A stretch of DNA of 64,000 bases, from contig CAWAUV010000004.1 in the NCBI GenBank assembly GCA_963785305.1, forward strand, positions 1 through 64,000, given 5' to 3'. The notes under the pieces are model-generated. The model did no database searches, had not been told where the DNA came from, and saw only the letters and a list, made by a program, of their open reading frames with translations. The DNA is from an uncultured Planctomycetaceae bacterium. Its GTDB lineage: Bacteria > Planctomycetota > Planctomycetia > Pirellulales > PALSA-1355. Made by a program: the position numbers and the translations under genes. This document shows, piece after piece, positions 11,499-22,588 of the stretch (its first letter is position 1; each line of letters opens with the position of its first letter).

Positions 11499-12647
11499 AT
11501 GGAGCCGGCTCGCGCGCACATTTGCCAGCGCACCAGCGAACGCCTGCGCTCGGCCGCCGGCCAACTCGCCGAGCGCCGGGCCATGATCGGGTTCGACGGC
11601 TTCGTCGACGAGATTCTCGCGGTCGTCGACAAGCGCTATTCCTTGGAATCGTTCGAGCCGATTCACACGCTTGCCCAGCTTGGCGCCCGTATCTCGGCCG
11701 CGGCTGGCCAGTCGAGCAATCTGGAATTGATCGCGCGGTGCGTGAAGCTCGGCGGCAATGGGCCGATCATGGCCAATGCGCTCGCCAATCTGGGAGTGCG
11801 CGTGCGTTATGTCGGCGCCCTCGGCGAGCCGGTGCATCCGGTATTTCGCGAGCTCGCCGCCAAGACCGACGCGATCACCATCGGCGAGCCCGGACATACC
11901 GACGCACTCGAATTCGCCGACGGCAAACTCATGCTCGGCAAATACGCTTCGGTGGCCGAAATCACCTGGGCTCGGCTCCTCGAACGCGTGGGACTCGAGC
12001 GTCTGCGAGCGCTCTTCGACGAGAGCGATCTCGTGGGTCTCTTGAACTGGACCATGTTCCCGGCCATGAGCGCAATTTGGAAAGAACTGATCGCCGCCGG
12101 TTTTTTTGCCCGCCGCCGGCCCGGCCAACGACTGTTTATCGATCTGTGCGATCCCGATAAACGCACGCCGCACGATCTCTTGGAAGCGCTCGAGTTGATG
12201 CGCTCGTTTCAACAGCAGGTCGACGTGGTGCTGGGCCTCAATCCGCGCGAAGCGGAAGCCGTGGCGGCGGCGCTCGGCGAAAGTGGTCCGCCGGTAATGG
12301 ACTTACCGGGCGCCGAACTCTTGGCCCTGCGGCTGCGCGAACGGTTGGCCCTGGCGATGATCGTCATCCATCCGAGAGCCGGCGCGGTCGTGGCGACTGC
12401 CGAAGCGAGCGCTCGTTTCGCCGGACCATTCACCCCCTCGCCCAAGATCAGCACCGGCGGGGGCGATCATTTCAACGCCGGTTTTTCCGCGGGCCTGCTG
12501 CTCGGCATGCCGCTCGAAGACTGCCTATGCCTGGGCGTGGCCACCAGCGGTATTTATATCCGCACCGCCGAAAGCCCGACGCCCGGGGCGCTAGTCGAAT
12601 TCATCCGCGACCTTCCGGCCCCCGAGCCGAACCGCGGCCGCGACTAG
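11499..12647 (+). CDS. PfkB/ribokinase-family carbohydrate kinase
   Basis: KLGGNGPIMANAL and STGGGDHFNAGF signatures. Confidence 0.85.
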   Translation: MEPARAHICQRTSERLRSAAGQLAERRAMIGFDGFVDEILAVVDKRYSLESFEPIHTLAQLGARISAAAGQSSNLELIARCVKLGGNGPIMANALANLGVRVRYVGALGEPVHPVFRELAAKTDAITIGEPGHTDALEFADGKLMLGKYASVAEITWARLLERVGLERLRALFDESDLVGLLNWTMFPAMSAIWKELIAAGFFARRRPGQRLFIDLCDPDKRTPHDLLEALELMRSFQQQVDVVLGLNPREAEAVAAALGESGPPVMDLPGAELLALRLRERLALAMIVIHPRAGAVVATAEASARFAGPFTPSPKISTGGGDHFNAGFSAGLLLGMPLEDCLCLGVATSGIYIRTAESPTPGALVEFIRDLPAPEPNRGRD

Positions 12648-12945
12648 AGAGCTTGGTCACAGCTTGAAAATAGGGCACAACGCGCCGAAAGCGGGGCGCC
12701 GGAGCCAAGCAGGCCGCGCGAGAAGCCAGCGGCCCGGCGCCGTGTCGACCCCCTTGCCGAGGTTTCGTGGGATTTTACTAGACTATTTTGTGCCCGCCCG
12801 CTTTTTCACTCGCCGCATGCGGTTGGCTATACTAATTAGGTTCGACAGCCCCATCCGCCCGCGGAAATTCGGGGGCGATCGCAATCGGGAATCGTGACGG
12901 GGCATTTCCAGGTCGCGATTCCAATCGGGCAGCGGGGGAAGCTCC

Positions 12946-15467
12946 ATGGCAGCGACATATCGGGTGCGGCTCAGCGATGGCGAGCAAGCGTCGCTACACG
13001 CTGGCGATCTCCGCGTGCTCGCGCGAAGGCCGCATCTCACCCAAAACGCTGGTGAGCATCGACGGCGCCAAGTGGTTTCGCGCCGCCCGACTGCAAGGCC
13101 TCTTTGTCGACACACCGCCAGCGCGGCCTGTCGCGGACACCACTCCACCGCCCGTGGCGATGCCCTCTCCGCCGGCTGCCGCGGAGTCCATCGCGCGGCC
13201 CACCGCCGAGCCCGGGGCTTCGTCGTTTTATCCCGCCCTCATTCCCGCGCAAGCGGCGCTGGCTCCCGTTGCCGATGCGTTTTTGCCCGAGCTACGAGGT
13301 TCCGACGACGATCCCTGTCCAAGCGCCGATCTGCCCGGTATTCGGCTCGGACGGCTGATCGCGGCCGGCGTGGCGGGCAGCGCGCTGGGCATACTTTGCA
13401 TGGCCGCGGTGTTCTTCGTCGCCGCCCGGGCGAAATCGCATCCCGAGTCGTTGTCGGCAACCAATCGACATTCGCCTGTCGCGGCCGCGAACGAGGCAAC
13501 GTCAACAATCGCGTCGAAGAATTCGCCGATGCGCAGCGCCTAATGACGTTTCGACCGCGGCCGTGGCGAAGTCGCTCGATATTCCGCCGCCGCCCGCCGC
13601 GCGCGTGGCATCGACGAGAAGCGCATCGCCGCCGCGCAATCCCGCGACCGCGTCGCCGCCACCGGCCGCGAGCTCGCGCTCGCTCGCCGCGGCAGCGCCG
13701 CCGGCCGCCGAGATGCTCAGCGAGACGGCCGCGAAGACCGCCGCTCCAGCGCCGGCCTCGCAATTGGAACCGAACGGGGCGGCGCGATCGACCGCGGAGT
13801 CGTCGTCGGTCATTGTGCTCGGCGCGCCGAAGTCGATCGAGATCCTCAGCTATGGCGACTCCGCCGCCGCCGGCGACAAAAAAGCCGGCGAAGGCGCGAA
13901 AGCGCCGCCCGGACTCATGAATCGCGCCCCCGGCGCGATGGGTCTACCCCCAGTGCCCGCCGCGAAAATGCCCGGAAACAACATGCCGGCGAACAAGGCT
14001 GGCGTCGATCCGCCGATCCTTAAGCCGGCCGGCGCTCCACCCGTGGCGAACAATGCGCGGGCCCGCCGTCGGCTGCTTGTGCTGGGCCAGGGCGGCACAC
14101 CCGAGAGCGAAGCGGCGGTCGAAGCGGCGCTGGTGTGGTTGGCCGAGCATCAGAATGCCCGACGGCGGCTGGAGCTTCGATCATCAAAGCGGCGCTTGCA
14201 ACGGTCGCTGCGGCGAGCCGGGCTTGCTCGGCGATTCGCGCATCGCGGCCACTTCCATGGCTCTCCTCCCATTTCTGGCCGCGGGCTATTCCACCGACGA
14301 CGGCCCTTATCGGCGCCAGATCGCCGGCGGTCTGAACTTTCTCATGGCCGCGCAAAAACCCGATGGCAGCCTTTGGGAACCGAGCGGCGCTTTTTATTCA
14401 CACGCCATGGCCACGATGGCCCTCTGCGATGCCTATGAATTGATGCTGCCCGACGAGCACGGCCCGATATCGAAGGCGTGAACGCCAAACTGGCCGAAGC
14501 AAGCGCCGCCTCGGAAAAAGCTCCCAAGACTCCGGCCGAACAGAGAGCCGCCAAAGCCGAAGCGGCCAAGGCCGCCCGCGCCGCCAAGCTGGCGATCGCC
14601 GAGGCGAAGAAGAAAGCATCGGCCAAGGCGCCGAGCGCCGTCGCGGTCGATACCGCGATCGCGATTCAAAACGCGCAAGCTCCGCTCGACCCGCGGGTGG
14701 TGCAAATGGCCCGCCTCGCCGACGCCGCCCAGCGCGGAATCGATTTCACCGTGGCCACCCAGAGCGCTCTCAACGGCGGCTGGCGCTATGAGCCCGGGCA
14801 AGTGGGCGACACCTCGGTCGTGGGTTGGCAGTCGATGGCGCTCAAGGCGGGCCTCTTGGCCGGGCTGCGCGTGCCGCCCGCGACCTTGATCGGCGTTTCG
14901 AATTTTCTCGACTCGGTGCAATCCAACTACGGCGCGACCTATGGCTATCTCAATCCGCCGCATGGCAGCCCGGCCACCAACGCGATCGGGCTCCTCCTTC
15001 GAATGCATTTCGGCTGGCCGCGCGGTCATCAGGGCCTTACCAACGGCGTCCTGAACCTCGCGGCCGCCGGTCCCTCGCACGACGATATGTACTACGATCT
15101 CTATGCCAGCCTGCTCTTGCGCAACTATGGCGGCCCGGTGTTTCAGAAGTGGAACATCGCGATGCGCGAGCACTTGGTCGCCACTCAAAACAAGCTGCCG
15201 CATGTCGGCGGAAGCTGGTTCTTCGATTCAACGCATGTACCCATGGGCGGCCGCCTTTATAACACCGTGCTGGCCACCCTGGTGCTCGAAGTTTATTACC
15301 GTTACGAGCCGATCTTTCCGACGTACAACTATCCGGGTGAAAAGCAACCGACCCTCGACCCCGCGGGTAAACCGGTGCTCGCGCCCCCGGCGGCCCCGGC
15401 CCCCGCGCCGTCATCGGCGCCCCTCGACCCGGCAATGATTTTGCCGCCCGCCACGGGGAATCCCTAG
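12946..15467 (+). CDS. Membrane-anchored prenyltransferase/squalene-oxidase-repeat (alpha/alpha toroid) protein, several frameshifts
   Basis: Fragments 12977, 13563, 14053 and 14478 give a TM segment, a Pro/Ala linker, GGTPESEAAVEAALVWLAEHQ, PDGGWSF, QKPDGSLW and GGWRYEPGQVGDTSV. Confidence 0.75.
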
Positions 15468-15558
15468 TGCTTTGTCACGGCTGAACCGATAGGTAACCCC
15501 GTGTGCCATGCTCACGGAACGAATCCAACCCGTCATTTCAATTGTGACAATGCACTAG
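15464..15558. mobile_element. MITE-like element copy A (CTAG-bounded, imperfect terminal inverted repeats)
   Basis: ctagtgctttgtcacggctgaa ... ttcaattgtgacaatgcactag; 39-nt right end matches 51458-51496 at 36/39 positions. Confidence 0.7.
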
Positions 15559-15580
15559 GACCGGCGCGGCACATGAATAC

Positions 15581-15615
15581 GACGCGCGAGCGAGGGATTC
15601 CTTCGCTCGCGCGTC
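15581..15615. repeat. REP-like palindrome
   Basis: gacgcgcgagcgaggg-att-ccttcgctcgcgcgtc. Confidence 0.7.
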
Positions 15616-15653
15616 AGGTTTGTAATCGGCGCTTTGATTCCGCTCCATCTTCC

Positions 15654-15703
15654 AAAAAAATGCCCGGTCGTCGCCCTTCACAAGATGGGCGGAGCGACCG
15701 GGC
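15654..15703 (-). terminator. Putative intrinsic terminator of the 15759..16058 gene
   Basis: GC-rich stem gcccggtcg...cgaccgggc followed by a T7 run on the minus strand. Confidence 0.65.
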
Positions 15704-15758
15704 TCGTCTTAACACCGCTCGGCATTGGGTGGTGATTGAACCGTCTTCTCGGCGTCGA

Positions 15759-16058
15759 TTAATACACGCCGATGCCCAGGCCGATGCCCGGAGCGTATCC
15801 GGCGCCGTAGTAACCGCCACCATAGCCGCCGCCGTAGTAGGCCGGGCCATAGGCGCCGTAACCGCCATAACCGTAGTTGCCGTAGTACGGGCGATTATAG
15901 GCGCCGTAGTAGGGGCGATAATATGAGCCATAAGCGACCGGGCCGCCGTAATAGCCGCCGCGATAATAGGCCCGTCGTCGCCAGCCGGCGTTCGCGTCGG
16001 TGCTGCTCAGGATCAAGCCGCAAAACACGACCAGCATAATCAACATTCGCTTCCACAT
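15759..16058 (-). CDS. Small secreted Gly/Tyr-rich protein
   Basis: Signal peptide ending ANA; mature part GWRRRAYYRGGYYGG...; AAGGAG RBS. Confidence 0.85.
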   Translation of the reverse strand: MWKRMLIMLVVFCGLILSSTDANAGWRRRAYYRGGYYGGPVAYGSYYRPYYGAYNRPYYGNYGYGGYGAYGPAYYGGGYGGGYYGAGYAPGIGLGIGVY

Positions 16059-16539
16059 GATTGACGCTCCTTTGTATTGGATGGATAAGTTCTCTGGTTG
16101 AGCCCATCACGAAGCGCTATTCCTTCTACGAATCGCGGCGAATCGTGGTTGGGCCGGTTCGGGCCGCATTCCAAGAATCAGAAGGAGCAATCCCTGTTCC
16201 AAACCTCGGAAATTCAGCGCCGACACAACTTAAGTTCACTTGCACAAGCAGTTTCCGCGCGAAAAAACGGTTCCGCGCATTGAAGCGGAGCCACGTAACT
16301 CCTTCTCAACCGGGTTTGCACACTGCTCATTCACCGATCGGTTTGGCCGATCGATCGACGATATCCGCCAAGGGGTAAATCCCCGCCCATGAGACCACCA
16401 GCCACGAGATCGCCGCTTGATCGCTTCGCGCCAGGCGGATAGAACAGGCCGCTGTTCGAATTCGCCACTCGCGCTCCCAATAAAATCGGATCCGTTTCGC
16501 GCCGGGGTGGCTTCATCGCTTTATGGCGAGCGAATTGGT

Positions 16540-17454
16540 ATGTATTTCTTTCCACAAGTTAATCTCGCTCGCGAGCCGGGGGCGCCGCTGGGAATGGCGG
16601 TCGCGACCCTTTTGGCCGGCGCCTCTTGGCGTCGACTCGCGCGCGATCGGCCGAGGGGCTCGAATATCACAGCAAGATCGGCCACTGCTCGTTTACGATT
16701 CCTCCCGGTTGGCAGGAAATCGACTCGGAACGCCTCGCCGCCATCAACAGCCAGTTTGGCGTCGCCGCCCAACAAGTGCCCGACAAGCAGCAACAACGAA
16801 AAGACCATCGGGGCGACGCCAAGGGAGATGTTCCGCCCGGGGAACAGGCCAAGCCGAAGGCCGAGAAACCGCCCGGCGATCTCGACCCGCTGCCGGGCGA
16901 GGAGCTGCGCTACGAAGCCGGCTTCGTGCCCTCGGACCAGCGCGGGGGGCCTTGGCCGATGGTGCTCCTGCAGGTCTCGCCCGGCAACATGGCCAGCTTT
17001 TCGTTCGATCGCTTTGAGCGCGAACTGCAACAGTCGCTCGGCGGGTCCGTCAAGGAATCGCTCGGCGATCAAGACGACGTCAAGTATCTCCGCGCCAATG
17101 AAATCCAAATCAATCGCATTGGCCACGGCTACATGTGGCGACACCAAAAACGATCTGGCCGACGGCTCCGGCAAGATCGATCTGCTCACGGTCGGGCGTC
17201 TCGGCGCCGAGAGCGCGGTCAATCTCGTGTTCTATGCGCGCGACAACGACTACGCCGCCGAGCTGCCCGTGTTTCGCGTCGTGGTCGATTCGTTTCGGTT
17301 CGATCCGGGCAGCGAATTCCGCCCCTTGGTCAAGGAAACGATCACCTGGCAAACAGCCGTGTCTTGGATTCTCTTCGCGATTTTCGCCGGCCTATTCGCC
17401 GCTGGCGTGAGGATCGTGCGCAAGAATCGCCGAAACCGGCCGATGGGCTTTTGA
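16540..17454 (+). CDS. Hypothetical exported protein with C-terminal TM anchor, frameshifted
   Basis: Joined from ORFs 16417 and 16626; ends in hydrophobic WILFAIFAGLFAAGV plus a basic tail. Confidence 0.55.
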   Translation: MYFFPQVNLAREPGAPLGMAVATLLAGASWRRLARDRPRGSNITARSATARLRFLPVGRKSTRNASPPSTASLASPPNKCPTSSNNEKTIGATPREMFRPGNRPSRRPRNRPAISTRCRARSCATKPASCPRTSAGGLGRWCSCRSRPATWPAFRSIALSANCNSRSAGPSRNRSAIKTTSSISAPMKSKSIALATATCGDTKNDLADGSGKIDLLTVGRLGAESAVNLVFYARDNDYAAELPVFRVVVDSFRFDPGSEFRPLVKETITWQTAVSWILFAIFAGLFAAGVRIVRKNRRNRPMGF

Positions 17455-17499
17455 TTCTTTCGCCGGTCGCCGCGGTGGCTCGCGCTTGCGGCCCGCCCC

Positions 17500-18565
17500 T
17501 CAGGCCGCCCGGCCATGCTCCGGTTGGGCGGCGATCAAGCGCACGATATGACTGGCCCGGTCGAGGCCGGCCCGGCGAATGAAGTCGGGCGGAATCTCGA
17601 ACCGCCGCGAGCGCGCCTGCTCGAGCGCCGCGCAAAGCGAATCACGCGAAAGCTCCTCGACCACGATGCCCGACGCGGTTGTCATCACCTCGCTCGCGCC
17701 AACATGGGCCGCCGTGACCACCGGGGCGCCGCATGCGATCGATTCGGGAACCACCAAGCCAAACGGCTCATCAGCGCGCCGGCAGCACCGTGGCGTCGGC
17801 CGCCTGATAAAGCTCGGCCATGTTGTGAACATAGCCCAAGTATCGCACATTCGAGGCCGGCGCCGTGGAATCGGCCTTTGAACCAGCCACCAGCAACTCG
17901 AAGTCATCGCGCGGCAGCGCGGCCAGGGCTTCGAGCAGAAGCGGCAAACCCTTGCGGTCGTGGCTATTCGAGGGAAACACGAGCGTCGTGCGATGGTCCG
18001 CGAGTCCGAGTTGGGCCCGCAAAGCCCGCCGCTTTTCGGGCGTCGCCGGGCGAAAGACGCTCGTGTCCACCGGCGGATACACCACTTGCACCCGATCGTC
18101 GGGCACGCGGTAGAGATCTTGCAGCTCCGCGGCCATGCGTCGCGAATGGGCGATATTCATCGCCGACTCCCGATAGCAGCGTTCCTCGAGCGCGATCTCC
18201 GAGCGGTCGCGCAGCTTCGCCAGCCGGCCGGTGGCTTGCAGAAATCCGCGATGCGTGCCGCCGCAAATGGCGAGGTCATGGCCATCGACCCGGGCCAGCG
18301 AGATCGTGAGGTCATAGCGCGTCCGGCGGAAGCTCAACCCCAGCACCGCGCGAAACAGCCAGGGACGCACCGACGCCGGCGCCAGACTAATCGGATACAC
18401 GAGCACCGCGGCCCCCGCCTCTCGAGCCGGACTCTTCCACGAATCGGCCGCCGCGAGCACGTCGACCGTGTGGCCGGCCGCGCGAAAGCCGCGCACCAGA
18501 TCGAACAAATAGGTTTCCGTGCCGCCGCGACGTTTGGCGGTGCGAGCGATGATCGCGACATGCAT
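17500..18565 (-). CDS. Glycosyltransferase family 4 (WaaG/RfaG-like), frameshift ~17775
   Basis: GGTETY, RKGLPLLLEAL and LYQAADATVLP, then EPFGLVVPESIACG. Confidence 0.88.
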
Positions 18566-18621
18566 GGTCGATTTCCTCGGAGCCCGCCGACGGGGCTCGG
18601 CGTTCGGTATTTGACTTCGCC

Positions 18622-19764
18622 TCAGGCCACGGCGTCGAGCACTTGGTCGAATTCATCCAAGCTAAACCGCAACTGATCGCCCGAAGATTCGCGCGGCCAG
18701 GGTCCGACCAGCACATCGGCCTGGCGCACCGCGCGGCAGGGCGTGGCCTCGCCTCCGAGCGCGACGAGTAGATTGTATTGGGCTCGACCGCTAAAGCCGC
18801 CAGCGCCGGGCAGGAACAGAATCTCGACTTCGGGCCGGCTGTTTTTATCGCGCCGATTTTCGCGCGGCGGCTTCATGCCGCGCTCTGCCAACAAGCGGAC
18901 CGCCTCGCGCAGGGCGGCCGGCTCGCCCACCCACTGGACATCGAGGTCTTCGAGCGGGCATTTGACGAGTCCGTTGCGGCAGCGCGTGAGCCGCGCTTTG
19001 CGAAGTAGATATCGCACATTCATCCCATCGCGCCAGCGGGCCGGAGCCGTCGGATGCGCGGGATGCCAGAGGTGATAGGTTCGCGTGAGGCCGAGGATCG
19101 AGCGGATCGACACTCCGGCCCGGCGGAGGCGGTAGCGCAGATCGTCGTCTTCGCAGCCCCAACCGAAAAAGTTTTCGTCGTAGCCATTCACGCGTTCGTA
19201 GTCCGAGCGCCAGATGCCCACATTGTTGCCGATCAGCTTCGGCTTATGCGGGTGGCGAATGAGGGTGTAGAACCGGGCCGCGCGATAGAGCTTGGCCAGC
19301 CGCCGCTCCTCGCGCGGCGAGCCCCACCGGCTGAACTCGCCCGAGCGAATCACGTCGTCGGTCACGGCGTCGGAGGGGCCTTCCTCGAGCCGGCAGCAGT
19401 CGCCGGCCATCACTAGATTCGGCCGCCGGGCGGCGAGATGAATGCGCACATGATCGGCCGGGAGCACGCAATCGCCATCGAGGAATAGCAGGTAGGGCGC
19501 CGAGCTCGCCGCCACGCCTTCGTTCCTACATTGCGAAAGCCGAAAACCGTCGTGGGCATGCGTCGTGAAGTGGACCGGAAAATCGACCGACGCCGCGAAC
19601 CGCCGCGCCACCAGGGGCGTCTCGTCGGTCGAACCATCGTCGCTCACCACCAGCTCGATTCGCCCCGCGACGCCGGTTTGCAAGCGAATCGACTCGAGAC
19701 ACCGCCGCAAATGCTCGGGCCGCTGAAAGGTGGAAACCAAAAGCGCGATTTCGGGCGAGGACAT
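18622..19764 (-). CDS. Glycosyltransferase family 2
   Basis: VSDDGSTD, FLDGDC and VNGYDENFFGWGCEDDD. Confidence 0.9.
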   Translation of the reverse strand: MSSPEIALLVSTFQRPEHLRRCLESIRLQTGVAGRIELVVSDDGSTDETPLVARRFAASVDFPVHFTTHAHDGFRLSQCRNEGVAASSAPYLLFLDGDCVLPADHVRIHLAARRPNLVMAGDCCRLEEGPSDAVTDDVIRSGEFSRWGSPREERRLAKLYRAARFYTLIRHPHKPKLIGNNVGIWRSDYERVNGYDENFFGWGCEDDDLRYRLRRAGVSIRSILGLTRTYHLWHPAHPTAPARWRDGMNVRYLLRKARLTRCRNGLVKCPLEDLDVQWVGEPAALREAVRLLAERGMKPPRENRRDKNSRPEVEILFLPGAGGFSGRAQYNLLVALGGEATPCRAVRQADVLVGPWPRESSGDQLRFSLDEFDQVLDAVA

Positions 19765-20129
19765 GGCGACGAGTTCCGGCACGGCGGCGACGGTAACAAA
19801 CGGCGGCGGAGCATACTGCTAGCGTCCCCCGGCGCCAAGAGCAATCACGCCGCTTGTGTCGACTGGTCCGACGGGTTTCGCGGCTCACGGGGTCGAGACT
19901 TACACTCACCGGTGTTTCCCGAGACCGGCCCGGCTCCGATGTCGCACGCCGTGATCGGGGGCGGGTCACTCGCACGCTGAAAAAATTAAATTCGCCACGA
20001 ATATTTCCGTCGGGAGCACGTTATCCCGCGTAGCGTCCGCCGCCACGCGGTTCTCGACAAGACTCGATCCACTTGTTCGGCCCCTGGGTTTATCATTTTA
20101 CCGGTTTATTTTTTAATTGGAGTAATGCC

Positions 20130-20477
20130 ATGGATAAGAACTTCCGGCGGATTGTCGCACTGTTCGTCGTTTGCGCATTCGCGGGGGCCGCCGCCGCCCA
20201 AGACACGGCCCCTCCGCGTGTTAAATTGCGCGACTTGGTTGGCGGATGGGTTCGCCTGGATATGAATTTCAAGGACACGATGGAGGTCCGGAGCGACGGA
20301 ACATTCGAGCGAAACTTCGACGGAACGCCGTATCGCGGTCATTGGATGCGCCGCGGAACGACGATCACCTTCGATTTACACGACGGCAATCCGGCAACGA
20401 TCCGGCGCTTCCAGGCCGACAAGATGACGACGGTCAGTCGAAGCGGCCTGGCGGAAGACTGGGCCAAGAAAAAGTAG
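20130..20477 (+). CDS. Small secreted hypothetical protein
   Basis: GGAG RBS, signal peptide ending AAA-Q, LVGGW/GHW beta-rich body. Confidence 0.7.
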   Translation: MDKNFRRIVALFVVCAFAGAAAAQDTAPPRVKLRDLVGGWVRLDMNFKDTMEVRSDGTFERNFDGTPYRGHWMRRGTTITFDLHDGNPATIRRFQADKMTTVSRSGLAEDWAKKK

Positions 20478-20703
20478 CGGAAATTCGCGGCCGAGCGGCG
20501 CGGCGGGACGGACGAATCGATACGCGGACTCACGGCGCGCGGCCCCTGGCCCGGTCGACGGCCCGACGCTTGCGGACTCCCGGGACAATGGTCATCATGG
20601 CGCGGCGCGGCCGCGCGCGTGAGGTGGAATGCCCTGGCTTGTCATGGGCATTCCACCTGGCGAAATTCGTCGACCTTCGTCCACGACAGGGAGAATCGAA
20701 GCC

Positions 20704-22116
20704 ATGTCCACCGACTCGATCGCCCCGGCGACTGGCGTGCCCCGGCAGCCCACGTCCGCGGAAAAGGTCACGCCCTACGATCATGTGAATCGCGAAATTT
20801 CGCCGCATTTTCCGCACGACGGCATGTCGGCCCGCTCCGCCCAAACACTGGTGAACAGCGAATGCTGGACCGATGCGAACCCCGACCTGAATTTGTCGTC
20901 GTTTGTCACTACTTATGCCGAGCCCGAGCTGCGCGAAGTGTTTCTGAAACATTCGCATAAGAACTTCGCCGATCCGGAAATGTATCCGCATACCAAGGCG
21001 ACCGAAAACAAGGTCGTGCGCTGGCTCCATGAACTGTGGAATGGCCCCGCCGACGCGGAGCCCTATGGCGCCGCCACGATCGGCTCCTCCGAAGCCTGCA
21101 TGCTGGCCGGACTCGCGCATAAGTGGAACTGGCGCGAGCGACGTCGGGCCGCCGGAAAAGACGCTTCTCGGCCCAATATGGTCACGGGCGGCAATGTGCA
21201 GATCGTGTGGAAGAAGTTCCTCAAGTATTTCGAGGTCGAGCCGCGGATCATTCCTGTGCGGCCGGGCAACTATCGTCTCACGACCGAGGAACTCAACAAA
21301 TATGTCGATGAAAACACGATCTGCGTGGTGGCGATCGCCGGTCAGACCTTCACCGGCGAAGACGATGATATCGAAGCCATTCACGCCTGGCTCGACGACT
21401 ATGAGCGCCGAACCGGAATCTCGATTCCGATGCACATCGACGGCGCCTCGGGCGGATTCGTCAATCCGTTTCTATATCCCGAATATGCGTGGGATTTTCG
21501 CCTCCCGCGCGTGAAGTCGATCAATGCCTCGGGCCACAAATTCGGGCTCGTTTATCCCGGGCTCGGCTGGGTCGTGTTTCGCGATCGCGCGGTGTTTCAC
21601 GAAGAGTTGGTGTTCTATGTGAACTATCTCGGCGGCGAAGCGCCCACGGCCACGCTCAATTTCAGCAAAGGCTCGGCGACGGTGCTGATGCAGTATTATC
21701 AAATCCTGCGGCTCGGCCGGGCCGGCTATGCCCGCGTGATGCGTCAAACGCTCGACCATGCGATCCACCTTCGCGACCGCTTGCTCGCCGGCGGCAACTT
21801 CGAGGCGCTCAACGCCGAGCAGCGCATCCCGGTGGTCGCAATCAAACTCGCGAAGCATGTCACGCGATACAACGAGTTCGACGTGTCGAATAAAGTTCGC
21901 GAGCGGGGCTGGGTGCTCAGCGCCTACACGATGCCGCCCAACGCCGAGGAAATCCGCTCGTTGCGAATCGTGGTCCGGCCGCATTTGAATCGGGCCACGA
22001 TCGATATCCTGGCCAACGATATCGAGCGCGCTTGCGGCTACCTCGAACAACATGGCGGCAATGCCACTCCGCCGGCGCTCCATGGCTCGCACCATGCGTC
22101 GCCATCGAAGTGCTAG
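20704..22116 (+). CDS. gadB: Glutamate decarboxylase
   Basis: LNLSSFVTTY, TIGSSEACMLAGLA, HIDGASGGF and SINASGHKFG (PLP lysine). Confidence 0.92.
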   Translation: MSTDSIAPATGVPRQPTSAEKVTPYDHVNREISPHFPHDGMSARSAQTLVNSECWTDANPDLNLSSFVTTYAEPELREVFLKHSHKNFADPEMYPHTKATENKVVRWLHELWNGPADAEPYGAATIGSSEACMLAGLAHKWNWRERRRAAGKDASRPNMVTGGNVQIVWKKFLKYFEVEPRIIPVRPGNYRLTTEELNKYVDENTICVVAIAGQTFTGEDDDIEAIHAWLDDYERRTGISIPMHIDGASGGFVNPFLYPEYAWDFRLPRVKSINASGHKFGLVYPGLGWVVFRDRAVFHEELVFYVNYLGGEAPTATLNFSKGSATVLMQYYQILRLGRAGYARVMRQTLDHAIHLRDRLLAGGNFEALNAEQRIPVVAIKLAKHVTRYNEFDVSNKVRERGWVLSAYTMPPNAEEIRSLRIVVRPHLNRATIDILANDIERACGYLEQHGGNATPPALHGSHHASPSKC

Positions 22117-22210
22117 CAAATCGCCCGCGTCAACAGGGTTCATTCGCCCGCTCCACGAATCGATTCGCGACATCCTGGGCAAGCGGGGCGAAGTTCAAGG
22201 ATCGTTCAAG

Positions 22211-22540
22211 ATGTCCGATTATTTCGTCGATAAATCAGAGTGTGCCGCAAAACGGATTTTTCCGGGCGTCGACATTTTCACCACGCATGGGTCGCGCTTG
22301 ATGCTATCGCTGGTCGAGATGGCGCCGCATGCCGTGGTCGAAGAGCACAGCCATATGCATGAGCAACTGGGAATGATGCTCGAAGGCGAAGCCGAATTCA
22401 CGATCGGCGGCGAGCACCGCGTGCTCACGGCCGGTCAAATTTGGCGCATTCCCGGCGGCGTGCCACATCGCGTGGTGGCCGGCGCCCGGCCGGTGCGGGC
22501 ACTCGATGTGTTTTATCCCATTCGCGACGACTATCGCTAG
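22211..22540 (+). CDS. Cupin-domain protein
   Basis: HSHMHEQ...IPGGVPH...DVFYPIRDDY. Confidence 0.85.
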   Translation: MSDYFVDKSECAAKRIFPGVDIFTTHGSRLMLSLVEMAPHAVVEEHSHMHEQLGMMLEGEAEFTIGGEHRVLTAGQIWRIPGGVPHRVVAGARPVRALDVFYPIRDDYR

Positions 22541-22588
22541 CAGAGCCTCGTTTGCCGGCGGCGATTCCCGATCGATGGAGCGATTCGG

